From Minisyncoccota bacterium (GTDB lineage: Bacteria; Patescibacteriota; Minisyncoccia; UBA6257; 2-01-FULL-56-20): a stretch of 64,000 nt of DNA. Under the pieces are notes generated by a model, which was given only the letters and a program-made list of their open reading frames with translations, searched no databases and was not told the origin of the DNA. A program made the translations under genes and the position numbers. This document shows, in pieces, positions 17,848-28,122 of the stretch. Positions within the stretch are counted from its first letter, which is position 1. Each line of letters begins with the position of its first letter. The stretch spans positions 94,477-158,476 of the forward strand of contig DATKNL010000010.1 in the NCBI GenBank assembly GCA_035541435.1. Reading direction: 5' to 3'.

Positions 17848-18942
17848 TTATCTCTTAAGCTTGAGCGTGATGCGCTTCTCGTCGAGCTTCACCGTGTCGA
17901 TGACGAACGGATAGGTCTGGCCGACGGTGAGCATCTTCTTCATCTCGTCCTGCCCGCCGAATTCGGAAATGTGGACCATGCCCTGCAGGTCGTGGTCGAG
18001 CGCGACGACCGCGCCGAACGGGTTGAACTTATAGACCTTGCCCTGAGCGATGTCGCCCGGCTTGAAGAAGTCGCTGACCTTGAGCCACGGGTCCTCTTTG
18101 AGCGCCTTGAGCGAGAGGAAAACGCGGCCTTCCTTGATGTCGATGATCTTCGCCTTGAGCGGATCGTTGATCTTCACGAGCTCCTTCGGGTTCTCGATGA
18201 GTTTATAGTCGAGTTCGGAGATGTGGATCATGCCCTCGATCTGCGGGTTGTCGGTGAAGCGGACGAACACGCCGAAGTCCGCGGCGCCCGAGACCACGCA
18301 GTCTACGACCTGGCCGACCGCATAGGCGGTGAGGAGCTCCTTGACGTTGGCCGAAAGGACTTCGCGCTCGGAGACGATGATCTTGTTGGTGCGCGGATTG
18401 ACGTCGATGATCTTGACGTTGAGCTCCTGGCCGACGAACTTCTTAAGCTCTTCGGCGATCTTCACGCGGTCGCCGTCGGGAACCTTCGGATAATGTTCGA
18501 GCGAGAGCTGCGAAACGGGCAGGAAGGACTTGAGGTCCTCGGCGACGATGGCCATGAGGCCGCCGGCGTTCGCGCCGATGACTTTGGCCTTGGTCACTTC
18601 GCCGGACTCGGCGAGCTCCTTGGCCTGCTGCCAGAGCTTCTGCTTGCCGGCTTCGGACAGGGAGAGCTCGATCTGCCCCTCTTCGCCGTCGAGGGCGATG
18701 ATCTTTGCCTGGAGCTTGTCGCCGGGGTTGAGGTTGCGAAGCGCCTCCTTGGCGTTCATGACCTCGATGCCATAGACGATGCCCGTGCCGAAACGGCCGA
18801 GGTCGAAATAGGCCTTGCGCGGGAACTTCTTGATGAGGGAGACGTCGACAACCGAACCCTCCTTCGGCCACTCGATGGTCGAGAGCTCGGTTTTGAGGGT
18901 CTGCGTCGCGGCTGACGCCTTTTGGTCATCTGCTTGCGGCAT
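17848..18942 (-). CDS. rpsA: 30S ribosomal protein S1 (short form with four S1 domains).
   Basis: It has repeated S1 domains (GSVVDVSLIK..., GEVTKAKVIGANAGGLMAIV, GQVVDCVVSGAADFGVFV, GDIAQGKVYKFNPFGAVV). Confidence 0.85.
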   Translation of the reverse strand: MPQADDQKASAATQTLKTELSTIEWPKEGSVVDVSLIKKFPRKAYFDLGRFGTGIVYGIEVMNAKEALRNLNPGDKLQAKIIALDGEEGQIELSLSEAGKQKLWQQAKELAESGEVTKAKVIGANAGGLMAIVAEDLKSFLPVSQLSLEHYPKVPDGDRVKIAEELKKFVGQELNVKIIDVNPRTNKIIVSEREVLSANVKELLTAYAVGQVVDCVVSGAADFGVFVRFTDNPQIEGMIHISELDYKLIENPKELVKINDPLKAKIIDIKEGRVFLSLKALKEDPWLKVSDFFKPGDIAQGKVYKFNPFGAVVALDHDLQGMVHISEFGGQDEMKKMLTVGQTYPFVIDTVKLDEKRITLKLKR

Positions 18943-19039
18943 GAGGAACAGTATAGCAGGGAAATTTGAAATTGCAAATGGTTTTGAGGCCCGAAACGCC
19001 GTTGAAATTGAGGTTTTTTTCTGCTAAAATAGGAGGGTC

Positions 19040-19612
19040 ATGGTGATCAATTATTTCGGAAACGGATGCTTCAGGCTTCAGAGCGGCGACACCTCGATCC
19101 TCCTCGACTCCGACAACAACCGCCTTAAGGCCGACATCTCGATCAAGACCCTCGTCTCGACCGACGCTCCCGACGCGCCCGGCGACGATTCGGTTGAGAT
19201 CATGTTCCCCGGCGAATATGAGGCGAAGGGGATCGAAATCAACGGATTCCAGATCAAAGAGGAATCGACCGAGAAATTCCTGAAGACGGCCTATGCCGCC
19301 GTCTGGGAGGGGATGAAGTTCGTATTCCTGGGACACCTTTCGCATCCGATCGATGCGTCCCTCATGGAGGAGTTTTCCGAACCCGACGTCCTTTTCCTGC
19401 CGGTGGGAGGCGGCCATTACCTCGAGCCCGAGGTTGCGGCGAAGATGGCGAAGCAGCTTGAGGCGCGCATCGTCATCCCGAGTTTTCACAAAACGCCCAC
19501 GGAATTCCTCAAGGCGTTCGGCAAGAAGGCCGAAGACATGGACAAGTTCGTTTTCAAGCAGAAGGATATCGCAAGCGACAAAGGGCGCGTGATCGTTCTT
19601 AAGGCCGCTTAG
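19040..19612 (+). CDS. MBL-fold metal-dependent hydrolase (UPF0173/YtkL-like).
   Basis: It has the beta-lactamase-like fold pattern ILLDSD...HLSHPID...LPVGGGHY. Confidence 0.55.
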   Translation: MVINYFGNGCFRLQSGDTSILLDSDNNRLKADISIKTLVSTDAPDAPGDDSVEIMFPGEYEAKGIEINGFQIKEESTEKFLKTAYAAVWEGMKFVFLGHLSHPIDASLMEEFSEPDVLFLPVGGGHYLEPEVAAKMAKQLEARIVIPSFHKTPTEFLKAFGKKAEDMDKFVFKQKDIASDKGRVIVLKAA

Positions 19613-19624
19613 GCGAATGAAGGC

Positions 19625-20059
19625 ATGAACGAAGTCCCGCTCCCGCCCATCCATTATTCTCACGCGTCCGTGTCCCGTTCGGCTTCTGCGGCGCGCAAAA
19701 CGCGGCCTGAACGGAAGCCGATTCTTCAGACGCTGCAGGACCTCGACGAATCGATGAAGCGGCGCGTGCTCGTCATTTCGAGCGCGGTCGCCATGATCGT
19801 CGTGGTGTATGCCTGGGTGGGCTATGTGGGGGCGTTCATCGTGGTGCGGAATCCGGCGGGACAGCAGGCGGCGATTCAGACGGCCGCCGTTCCCGTTCCC
19901 GCCCCCGCCCCGGCTCAGGCGGGTGGCAGTCAGGCGAAACCTTCCGCCGCGGCCGGCGGGTTCTGGCGGGAACTCGAAAGCGGAGCGGTTTCGGCCTATC
20001 ATGGGATGGCGCAAGCCGTCACGAAGCCGATGGAATATGACGTGAAACCCAAGCAATAA
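19625..20059 (+). CDS. Hypothetical membrane-anchored Ala/Pro-rich protein.
   Basis: It has a single TM helix (VLVISSAVAMIVVVYAWVGYVGAFIVV) followed by a low-complexity tail. It lies immediately upstream of gyrA. Confidence 0.4.
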   Translation: MNEVPLPPIHYSHASVSRSASAARKTRPERKPILQTLQDLDESMKRRVLVISSAVAMIVVVYAWVGYVGAFIVVRNPAGQQAAIQTAAVPVPAPAPAQAGGSQAKPSAAAGGFWRELESGAVSAYHGMAQAVTKPMEYDVKPKQ

Positions 20060-20061
20060 CC

Positions 20062-22524
20062 ATGGCAAACCTCGAAAAGCGCGAAATCACCAAGGAGCTC
20101 GGCGAATCCTATCTCGACTATGCGATGTCGGTGATCGTTTCGCGCGCCCTCCCGGACGTGCGCGACGGACTGAAGCCGGTGCACCGGCGCGTGCTGTGGA
20201 CCATGTGGGACATGGGCCTCACGCACCTCGCGAAGTTCCGCAAGTCGTCGAACGTCGTCGGTGAGGCGATGGCGAAATACCATCCGCACGGCGACTCGGC
20301 GATCTATGACACCCTGGTCCGGCTGGCCCAGACGTTCTCGCTGCGTTATCCGCTCGTGCACGGCCAGGGAAACTTCGGATCGATCGACGGCGATTCGCCG
20401 GCGGCGATGCGCTATACCGAAGCCAAGCTCTCGGCGATCGCCGAAGAGATGCTGGCCGACATCGAGAAGGAGACGGTCGACTGGATGCCGAACTATGATT
20501 CGACCCGCGACGAGCCGAAGGTGCTGCCGGCCAAGCTGCCGAACCTGCTCCTGAACGGCACGCTCGGCATCGCCGTCGGCATGGCGACGAGCATCCCGCC
20601 GCACAACCTCGGCGAGATCGTCGACGCCATCCTTCATCTTGCCGACAATCCCGATGCGACGAACGAGGACCTCGTGCAGTTCGTGAAGGGACCGGACTTC
20701 CCGACGGCGGGAATCATCTATGACGCGAAGGCGATCAAGCAGGCCTATATCTCGGGGCGCGGGGCGATCCTCACGCGCGCGAAGGCCGAGATCGTCGAGC
20801 AGAAGGCCGGCAAGCAGTTCGACATCGTGATCACCGAGATTCCCTATCAGGTCAACAAGTCCGAGCTCATCAAGACGATCGCCGAGCTCGCGCAGGAGAA
20901 GAAGATCGAGGGCATCCGCGACCTGCGCGACGAATCGGACCGCGAGGGCATGCGCATCGTGATCGAGCTCAAGAACGACGTCCCGCCGCAGAAGGTGCTG
21001 AACTGGCTCTATAAGCACACGGACCTCGAGAAGAATTTCAACATGAACATGATCGCGCTCGTCACCGAGAACGGCGGGCTCGTTCCGCGCCTGCTCACGC
21101 TGCGTGACATCCTCGTCGAATATCTTGCCTATCGCAAAGAGGTCATCCGCCGCCGCACGCAGTTCGACCTGCGCAAGGCCGAAGAGCGGGCGCACATCCT
21201 CGAAGGGCTGGCCAAGGCCCTCGACGCGATCGACCGCGTGATCGCGACCATCAAGAAGTCGAAAGATAAAGAGGAGGCGCACGCGAACCTCGTGAAGACG
21301 TTCAAGTTCTCGGACGTGCAGGCGACGGCGATCCTCGAGATGCGCCTGCAGACGCTTGCGGCCCTCGAGCACAAGAAGATCGACGCCGAACTCAAGGAGA
21401 AGCGCGCGCTGATCGACGAGCTGCGGCTCATCCTCAAGAGCCCCGCGAAGATCGTGAAGATCATCAAGGACGAAGTGACGGGCCTCAAGGAGAAATACGG
21501 CGACGAGCGGCGCACCCAGGTCGTCGCGCGCGGCATCGAGGCCGTGAGCGACGAGGACCTGATCGCCGACGAAGGGGCGATCGTCACGGTGTCCGGCGGC
21601 GGCTATATCAAGCGCCTCCCGCCCGACACGTTCAAGGCGCAGCGCCGCGGCGGCAAGGGGATCATCGGTTCCGACGTTGCCGACGAGGACTTCCTGTCGC
21701 ACTTCTTCAGCGCCCGCACACACGACAACGTGCTCTTCTTCACCGACCGCGGCCGCGTGTTCCAGACCAAGGTCTATGAGATCCCGCAGGCGACGCGCAC
21801 CTCGAAGGGACGGGCCATCCAGAACTTCCTCGAGCTTCCGGCCGACGAGAACGTGAACGCGATCGTCAATTATTCGTCGAAGGGCGGTGCGAAGGCCGCC
21901 GACGGCTCGGTTTCGCCGAAGGGCAAGTTCCTCATGATGGTGACGAAGAACGGCGTGATCAAGAAGACGCCGATCGAGGACTTCGAGAACATCCGCCGGA
22001 ACGGCATCATCGCGATCTCGCTCAAGAAGGGCGACAAGCTCAAGTGGGCGCGGCTTACGGGAGGCAGCGACCAGGTGATCCTCGTCACGCGGCAGGGGCA
22101 GTCGATCCGTTTCGACGAGAAGCAGGTGCGGCCGATGGGCCGGACCGCCGCCGGCGTCCGCGCGATGAAGCTCAAGAAGAGCAACGACGAGGTTGCGGGC
22201 TTTGATATAATCAATAAGGAAGGCGACGCGGTGCTGCTCGTCGTCATGGAGCACGGGTTTGCGAAGCAGACGTCGCTCTCGGAATACAAGAAGCAGAGTC
22301 GCGGAGGGTCGGGCATCAAGACCGCGGAGATCACGCCGAAGACGGGTCCCCTCATCTCGGCCCACGTCGTGACCGATCAGAAAGAGATATTCGCCCTGTC
22401 GGCGAAGGGGCAGATGATTCGCACCGAACTCGGCGCCGTGCGCCATACCGGACGGTCCGCGCAGGGCGTGCGCATCATGAATCTGAAGGACAGCGACCGA
22501 CTCGCGGGAACCGTGGTCATCTGA
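20062..22524 (+). CDS. gyrA: DNA gyrase subunit A.
   Basis: The sequence reads [28 protein letters not shown]...AMRYTE (active-site Tyr context). It has a full-length C-terminal beta-pinwheel. Confidence 0.93.
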   Translation: MANLEKREITKELGESYLDYAMSVIVSRALPDVRDGLKPVHRRVLWTMWDMGLTHLAKFRKSSNVVGEAMAKYHPHGDSAIYDTLVRLAQTFSLRYPLVHGQGNFGSIDGDSPAAMRYTEAKLSAIAEEMLADIEKETVDWMPNYDSTRDEPKVLPAKLPNLLLNGTLGIAVGMATSIPPHNLGEIVDAILHLADNPDATNEDLVQFVKGPDFPTAGIIYDAKAIKQAYISGRGAILTRAKAEIVEQKAGKQFDIVITEIPYQVNKSELIKTIAELAQEKKIEGIRDLRDESDREGMRIVIELKNDVPPQKVLNWLYKHTDLEKNFNMNMIALVTENGGLVPRLLTLRDILVEYLAYRKEVIRRRTQFDLRKAEERAHILEGLAKALDAIDRVIATIKKSKDKEEAHANLVKTFKFSDVQATAILEMRLQTLAALEHKKIDAELKEKRALIDELRLILKSPAKIVKIIKDEVTGLKEKYGDERRTQVVARGIEAVSDEDLIADEGAIVTVSGGGYIKRLPPDTFKAQRRGGKGIIGSDVADEDFLSHFFSARTHDNVLFFTDRGRVFQTKVYEIPQATRTSKGRAIQNFLELPADENVNAIVNYSSKGGAKAADGSVSPKGKFLMMVTKNGVIKKTPIEDFENIRRNGIIAISLKKGDKLKWARLTGGSDQVILVTRQGQSIRFDEKQVRPMGRTAAGVRAMKLKKSNDEVAGFDIINKEGDAVLLVVMEHGFAKQTSLSEYKKQSRGGSGIKTAEITPKTGPLISAHVVTDQKEIFALSAKGQMIRTELGAVRHTGRSAQGVRIMNLKDSDRLAGTVVI

Positions 22525-22604
22525 CGGCAGGCAGGCATCGTTCCAGGGGGAGCGGCTTGCAGCCTGGGCGAGTCGCGGATCGTCGTTAGGAACGAATTGC
22601 CAGC

Positions 22605-23939
22605 ATGAAACTCACGCAAAAACAGGTCGTCATCGTGGCAGCAGGATTCATCCTGCTCGTCATCATCGGCATCGTCGTGTTTTTCAATATCCGCAAGCCG
22701 AACAGCGCGGCCCAGGTGAACCTCACGGTGTGGGGGACCGATAGCGATGCCGCGATGACCGGCATGCTCGATGCCTATCAGTCGGCCAACAAGGGATCGA
22801 ACATCACCTATAAGCAGATCGATCCGGCGCAATACCGGACGGAGCTCCTGTCGGCGCTTGCCGCCGGCACGGGTCCCGACGTCTTCGAGATCGGCAACCG
22901 CGACCTGCCGCAATGGCAGAGCGTGATCGCGCCGCTGCCTCAGGCGGATGCGACCCTTTTCAACGATGCGACGCTGCAGGCCGATTTCCCGACCGTGGTC
23001 GGCAGCGATTTCGCCGACGCCCAGGGCGACATCTATGCCCTGCCGCTTTCGCTCGACACGCTCGCGATGATCTATAACAAGGACCTCGTCGATTCGGCCG
23101 GCATCGCCCTGCTGCCGAAGACGTGGGATGCGTTCGATGCCGACATTCCGAAGCTGCGCTCGATCAATGCGCAGGGACAGCTCACACAGGCGGCCGCGGC
23201 GCTCGGCGGTTCGAGCGCCAGCATGCCGAACGCGACCGACATCCTCTATCTTCTTATGCTGCAGAACGGGACGCAGATGACGAGCAGGGATTTTTCAAGC
23301 GCGACGTTCGCCGACAACGTGAACGGCGGAAGCGGGACGGGCGGTTCCGGGGCGAATCCCGGCGTTGCCGCGTTCGATTTCTATCTGCAGTTCTCGAATT
23401 CGAATTCCCCCTATTACACGTGGACCGATTCGATGGGCGACGCCGAGGGCAGTTTCGTGAACGGCAAGACCGCGGTCATCTTCGATTATGCGTCGGCGCT
23501 GCCCGACATTCGCAAGAAGGCTCCCTTCCTCAATGTCGGTGTCGCGCCGATGCCGCAGCCGACCGGTGCGAGCGTCGCCGTGAACTATCCCTCGTATGAA
23601 GGGCTCGCGGTGGCGCGCTATGGCCAAGTCGCGGCAGCGTGGAACTTCATCGTGAACCTCACGACGAACGCCTATGAGACGGGCCTCTATAATGAGAAGA
23701 CCGGAACCCCACCCGCGCTTCGCACGGCGATCGCGGCCGGCGCGGGCGATCCCGCCATGGCGGTCTTCGGAGCCCAGGCGCTCACCGCGCGTTCGTGGCA
23801 CGAAGCCGACGCCGCGAAGATCGATGCCGCGATGAGCGGCGCCGTGACGAGCGTCATGACCGGCCAGTCCGATTCGGCCAAGGCGCTGCAGACGGCGCAG
23901 GAAGCCGTGAACGCGATCATCCACCAGCAATCCCAATGA
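22605..23939 (+). CDS. ABC transporter extracellular solute-binding protein (family 1).
   Basis: It has an N-terminal TM anchor. The pattern LTVWGTDSD...IDPAQYRTELLSALAAGTGPDVFEIG is typical of SBP_bac_1. Confidence 0.7.
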   Translation: MKLTQKQVVIVAAGFILLVIIGIVVFFNIRKPNSAAQVNLTVWGTDSDAAMTGMLDAYQSANKGSNITYKQIDPAQYRTELLSALAAGTGPDVFEIGNRDLPQWQSVIAPLPQADATLFNDATLQADFPTVVGSDFADAQGDIYALPLSLDTLAMIYNKDLVDSAGIALLPKTWDAFDADIPKLRSINAQGQLTQAAAALGGSSASMPNATDILYLLMLQNGTQMTSRDFSSATFADNVNGGSGTGGSGANPGVAAFDFYLQFSNSNSPYYTWTDSMGDAEGSFVNGKTAVIFDYASALPDIRKKAPFLNVGVAPMPQPTGASVAVNYPSYEGLAVARYGQVAAAWNFIVNLTTNAYETGLYNEKTGTPPALRTAIAAGAGDPAMAVFGAQALTARSWHEADAAKIDAAMSGAVTSVMTGQSDSAKALQTAQEAVNAIIHQQSQ

Positions 23940-23940
23940 C

Positions 23941-24408
23941 ATGAAAACGGCAGGACGCATCATCCTTTTCGCATCGGTCGTCGCGCTCGCCGTCGTGCCG
24001 CTCTTTGCGCGCGCCGACAACGCGTCAGGCATCCCGTATTGGGCGAACGGGGGATTGCTCTCGTGCACCGGCAACTACGTGAACGGCGCCCATCCCTGCA
24101 CGAGCGTCTGCGACCTCATCCAGACGATCGTGAACGTCATCTATTTCGGCATCACGATCTGCCTCTTCGTGCTCGCGCCGATCTTCTTCACGATCGGCGG
24201 CGTCATGCTCATGGTTTCCGGCGCGAACCCCGAGATGATGAGCCGCGGCAAGGGCATCCTGCTGAACACCGTGATCGGCGTCGTGATCGTGCTCTGCTCC
24301 TATCTCATCGTCTTCACGTTCGTGAACGTGTTCGGCGCCTCGGTGAATGGCCAACCGGCATTCAATTCGACCTTTTCATGCGTGCCGCAGTATCCGACAG
24401 GACAATGA
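23941..24408 (+). CDS. VirB2/TrbC-like pilin family protein, paralog 1.
   Basis: It has a signal peptide, a conserved Cys (SVCDLIQ), and two hydrophobic helices separated by GANPEMMSRGKG. This topology and Cys motif are shared with the other four paralogs and with the VirB2 motif NNICTFILG. Confidence 0.55.
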   Translation: MKTAGRIILFASVVALAVVPLFARADNASGIPYWANGGLLSCTGNYVNGAHPCTSVCDLIQTIVNVIYFGITICLFVLAPIFFTIGGVMLMVSGANPEMMSRGKGILLNTVIGVVIVLCSYLIVFTFVNVFGASVNGQPAFNSTFSCVPQYPTGQ

Positions 24409-24409
24409 G

Positions 24410-25222
24410 ATGAGGAAGGCCCTGCTCGGCGCGGTCATCGGTGCGGCGGCCCTCGTGCCGTTCGCCGCGCTTGCGCAGACGCCGGGCCCGACGCCCATCT
24501 CGCTCTCGTTTCCCGGACAGTATATCGTGACGACGAGCACGCCGCCGGGCTATCTCATTTCGAACTTCTATCACTTCATGATCCTGGCGGGCGCGCTCAT
24601 CGCGCTCGGCGCGATCGTCTATGGCGGCATCAAATATGTCATTTCAGCCGGCAATCCGTCCGGGCAGAGCGACGCGAAAGAGCGGCTTGCCGACGCGTTT
24701 CTCGGGCTTACGCTCCTTGTCTGCGCCTATCTCGTGCTCTACACGATCAACCCAAACCTTGTCGAACTCGGCCTGCCGAACCTGAGTCCGATCAGCGTCG
24801 CGACGCCGCCGCAGACGGGCGGCGGCACGCCCTATGCGCCCGGAACGCCGACCGGAGTCGGGTGCGCCGGCGGGCAGTGCAGCACGCTGCCGAACTGCAC
24901 GCCGTCCGCGCGCGTGAACTGCGGCGGCGCCGCGGAGATGGTGTCGGCCATGCAGTGCATTCAGGCGAAGGACCCGAACTTCTCGGTTTCGGAAGGGTAT
25001 CCGCCGACGGGCGCCCATCAATCGAAATGCCATAGCAACGGCTGCTGCATCGACACGGTCGTTCCGGGATCGAGTTGCGCGGCGGTGAACGCGCTCATTC
25101 AGGCGGCGCAATCATGCGGGGCAAGCGTCGCGAACGAATACACGAACTGCAACGGAACGTCCTATGCGCACACGACGGGCGGCAACGTCCATATCAACGC
25201 GCCGCATATCAACGGATGCTGA
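24410..25222 (+). CDS. VirB2/TrbC-like pilin family protein, paralog 2, with a Cys-rich C-terminal extension.
   Basis: It has the signal peptide MRKALLGAVIGAAALVPFAALA and a two-helix core with AGNPSGQSDAKER. A roughly 130-aa tail follows, carrying at least 14 Cys (GCAGGQCSTLPNCTPS...NGCCID...). Confidence 0.55.
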   Translation: MRKALLGAVIGAAALVPFAALAQTPGPTPISLSFPGQYIVTTSTPPGYLISNFYHFMILAGALIALGAIVYGGIKYVISAGNPSGQSDAKERLADAFLGLTLLVCAYLVLYTINPNLVELGLPNLSPISVATPPQTGGGTPYAPGTPTGVGCAGGQCSTLPNCTPSARVNCGGAAEMVSAMQCIQAKDPNFSVSEGYPPTGAHQSKCHSNGCCIDTVVPGSSCAAVNALIQAAQSCGASVANEYTNCNGTSYAHTTGGNVHINAPHINGC

Positions 25223-25232
25223 TTCGAACACC

Positions 25233-25751
25233 ATGAGATCCCGCATCGTCACCATCATCATCGGCGTCATCGTGATCATCGGTTTTGCGATCTATCTGAT
25301 CTTCGGGCGGAGCGGCGGAACGGCCGGATCGGGGACCGGTGCGGGCGTCGGATCTTCGGGGACCGTCGATGGCACGCCCGTCACGGTGAGTCAGGCCTAT
25401 CCGGACGCCCCGACGACCGATCGGATTTCGATCGGGACCGCGGCCGGCATCGTCCAGGTCGCCAATTTCTATGAGGCAAGCGGGACGACCGTGGGCGACG
25501 ACGGCGTGCTCGTCATCAGCCGCGGCGCGGGATATTGGATCACCTATGACCCGTCGGACAGCAGCTTCTGGGTCGCGGTTTCGGGGACGCCGTTCGAGTC
25601 GGTCCGCCAGGCGGCCGAAGCCGACTTTCTCGCCGCGCTCGGCGTGAGCCGGGGCGATGCGTGCAAGCTTGCCGTTTCGGTCGGCGCGCCCTATGCTGCA
25701 GGGAGCGCCCTCAACGGCCAATCCTTCCCCCTGAGCTTCTGCCCGCACTAG
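25233..25751 (+). CDS. Hypothetical membrane-anchored Gly/Ser/Thr-rich protein.
   Basis: It has the N-terminal TM IVTIIIGVIVIIGFAIYLIF and then a soluble domain. It is embedded within the pilin-like array. Confidence 0.45.
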   Translation: MRSRIVTIIIGVIVIIGFAIYLIFGRSGGTAGSGTGAGVGSSGTVDGTPVTVSQAYPDAPTTDRISIGTAAGIVQVANFYEASGTTVGDDGVLVISRGAGYWITYDPSDSSFWVAVSGTPFESVRQAAEADFLAALGVSRGDACKLAVSVGAPYAAGSALNGQSFPLSFCPH

Positions 25752-25764
25752 CCGATAGTTTATA

Positions 25765-26121
25765 ATGAAAGGAATGCAACCCCTGCGGAAATTCGCCTCG
25801 AACGCCCTTGCAGCAGCCGCGCTTTTCGCGGCGGCGGCGAACATCGCCGTGGCCCAGTCCATCACGCTGCCGAACCCGATCGGCACGACGAGCTGGGCGG
25901 ATGTTGCCGGCAAGATCGTCAACGTCATCTTCGTCGATATCGCCATTCCGTTGTGCACCATCATGGCTCTCGTTGGCGGGTTCCAGCTCATGACATCGGC
26001 CGGCGAGCCTGAAAAGGCATCCCGCGGAAGAAAGACACTCTTATATGCCGCCCTGGGGTTCGGCGTCGTGCTGTGCGCCACCGGAATCGCAAGTCTGCTT
26101 CAGAACCTCCTGACTCCCTAA
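25765..26121 (+). CDS. VirB2/TrbC-like pilin family protein, paralog 3.
   Basis: It has a signal peptide, the motif PLCTIMALVGGFQLMTSAGEPEKASRGRKTLLYAALGFGVVL, and a two-helix hairpin. Confidence 0.55.
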   Translation: MKGMQPLRKFASNALAAAALFAAAANIAVAQSITLPNPIGTTSWADVAGKIVNVIFVDIAIPLCTIMALVGGFQLMTSAGEPEKASRGRKTLLYAALGFGVVLCATGIASLLQNLLTP

Positions 26122-26142
26122 AGTCGAACAATCAAAATAACC

Positions 26143-26547
26143 ATGAAAAAAATATCTTTGTCATTGAAGCTCCTCGGATCGTTCGTTGCTGGTTTGCAAG
26201 GATTTGCGGTTGTCGCACATGCTGCTCAATTCGACTCCAATTCCCAGGTGCAGGCTCCCATACAGAACGAAAGCAATCTCCAGCAGTTGTTTTGCAATAT
26301 CATCAGCTGGTTCTTTTGGATTATCATCGTGATCTCGGTCATCATGGTCCTTATGGCGGCGTTCACCTATGTGACGGCCCGGGGCGACGAAGAGAAGACG
26401 ACGCGCGCGAGAAGGACGATCACCTATGCCGCCATTGGCGTTGCGGTTGCGTTTATCGCGGCCGGATTCCCATCCGTCGTAGCAAGCGTCTTCCCGAACA
26501 TGTCTTCCGTGTCACCTGTCAGCCTGACAAAGGTCTGCGCTTTCTAG
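26143..26547 (+). CDS. VirB2/TrbC-like pilin family protein, paralog 4.
   Basis: It has a signal peptide and the motif QLFCNIISWFFWIIIVISVIMVLMAAFTYVTARGDEEKTTRARRTITYAAIGVAVAF. Confidence 0.55.
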   Translation: MKKISLSLKLLGSFVAGLQGFAVVAHAAQFDSNSQVQAPIQNESNLQQLFCNIISWFFWIIIVISVIMVLMAAFTYVTARGDEEKTTRARRTITYAAIGVAVAFIAAGFPSVVASVFPNMSSVSPVSLTKVCAF

Positions 26548-26610
26548 AAAAGGGAATGATGTGCTACACTGACTAAGTACCCAGGAAAGGTCGAATATTC
26601 CTCAAATTCC

Positions 26611-27003
26611 ATGAAGAACGTTATTGGTTTTGCGAAGACCTACGGCCCGGCGATCACGGCGTTCGTGCTCCCGGCGCTTGCGTTCGCTCAACCCGTCGCC
26701 GTTCCTCCGGGTTCCGGCGGAAACACCGTCCCGGGAACGAGCATCACGAGCCTGCAGAGCGTCCTCAACCTGCTCTGCAACATCTTCGGATGGGCCTTCT
26801 GGTTCCTGATCGTCCTTGCCGTCATTTTCGTCATCGTCGCCGCGTTCCGCTATCTCATGGCGGGTGGCAATCCTGAAAATGTCGGAAAGGCCGGCAGCAC
26901 GCTGCTTTATGCGGCGGTTGCGATTGGCGTCGCACTCCTCGCGCGCGCTGTTCCGCTTGTCGTCGGCAGCTTCCTCGGCGCCGGACAGGTGACGTCCTGC
27001 TAG
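26611..27003 (+). CDS. VirB2/TrbC-like pilin family protein, paralog 5.
   Basis: It has a signal peptide and the motif NLLCNIFGWAFWFLIVLAVIFVIVAAFRYLMAGGNPENVGKAGSTLLYAAVAIGVAL. Confidence 0.55.
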   Translation: MKNVIGFAKTYGPAITAFVLPALAFAQPVAVPPGSGGNTVPGTSITSLQSVLNLLCNIFGWAFWFLIVLAVIFVIVAAFRYLMAGGNPENVGKAGSTLLYAAVAIGVALLARAVPLVVGSFLGAGQVTSC

Positions 27004-27125
27004 TCCGATCGATTCGTTATGAAAAAGGGCCGTCCTCGCTGGACGGTCCTTTTGGTTTTTGCGCACGGGCAGAAAAAAGGCCGCGTGCATGAAGCGCGCG
27101 GCCAAGTGAACGAAGGGAGGAATGG

Positions 27126-27998
27126 TCACTGGAACATGATTTTTTCCTTTCGCGGATCCTCCGGGAGATAGAAAAATCCCGAGCCGCCTTTGACGGGGAG
27201 TGCCCCATCGGGCCAATGCTGAACGGCTATCGTCATCTGCGAGATGCCGCGCGCACGTGGGTCGATGCTGCACTTGCCGGTGATCTTATAACGAATGTCG
27301 GGATTGACCTTCTGTTGGTTGTTTCCCGAGCTGAACCCTATCGCACATGACATGAACGTAGGGAGCAGATATGAGTTTCCGAGATCATCGACGATCTGTC
27401 CGCCGGCCCCTTCGAACGAGAAAAATTGTCGTTCGCCCGAGGTGTTGGTCAGGTATCCCACGAACGCGACACCGCTTTCGGTCGTTCTCGCAGCTTGCAG
27501 TGTCAGCGTGAAGAAGTCCGTTTTCGTGGTCACAACCGGTCCGTAAGGGGATCTGGTTAGTGCTGCCGCGATTTCGGTGGTCTCGCCTTTTTTCTTGTCG
27601 TCAGTCCGGACTCCTTGTCCGTCTGCCGCCTTGGAAGAGGCGCCATTCACTTGCGCGCGCAGGTTGGAATTCGTCTTGCGCAGGTCGTTGATGGTTCCGT
27701 TTTGTCCGGCGATCACGCGGTCCTTTTCTTCCATCTGCGCCCGCAGGTCGTCGATCTGGTCGGCCAGCTTGTCGCCTTTTTCGTCGGCTGGGGTCTGCTC
27801 CTGGTCCTCTTGCGGATGTGATTCCGCCCGATGAACAAGCGCGGGTTCGTGGATCTTTTCCGCATTCTGTCGGGAGGGCTTGCGTACGTAAGGCCACCCG
27901 AACGATATGACGGCGATGAGGACGATCGCTCCTGCGAGGATCGCCCCCATGATGAGTTTGGGCTTCAGTACCTCGTACCTGAACCTCGCATCAACCAT
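27126..27998 (-). CDS. Hypothetical membrane-anchored protein with a coiled-coil region and a C-terminal globular domain.
   Basis: It has the N-terminal TM LIMGAILAGAIVLIAVISF and a heptad-like stretch DQIDDLRAQMEEKDRVIAGQNGTINDLRKTNSNLRAQV. The track ORF start at 28043 is an alternative. Confidence 0.45.
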   Translation of the reverse strand: MVDARFRYEVLKPKLIMGAILAGAIVLIAVISFGWPYVRKPSRQNAEKIHEPALVHRAESHPQEDQEQTPADEKGDKLADQIDDLRAQMEEKDRVIAGQNGTINDLRKTNSNLRAQVNGASSKAADGQGVRTDDKKKGETTEIAAALTRSPYGPVVTTKTDFFTLTLQAARTTESGVAFVGYLTNTSGERQFFSFEGAGGQIVDDLGNSYLLPTFMSCAIGFSSGNNQQKVNPDIRYKITGKCSIDPRARGISQMTIAVQHWPDGALPVKGGSGFFYLPEDPRKEKIMFQ

Positions 27999-28122
27999 AT
28001 GTTCTTCTCCGATCTCTGTAGAGAGCTGGTAACATATTACCATATAAATAGATAATTGTCAATTGTATTAAAAAAGGCCTTCGGTGGTTGCCGTCGGCCT
28101 TTGTTTTTGCGCATGCCTGAAG

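Noticed and set aside
19999-22446. An 815-aa ORF antisense to gyrA.
   Set aside because: It is fully embedded antisense to gyrA with low-complexity Arg/Leu/Asp content. It is a GC artefact.
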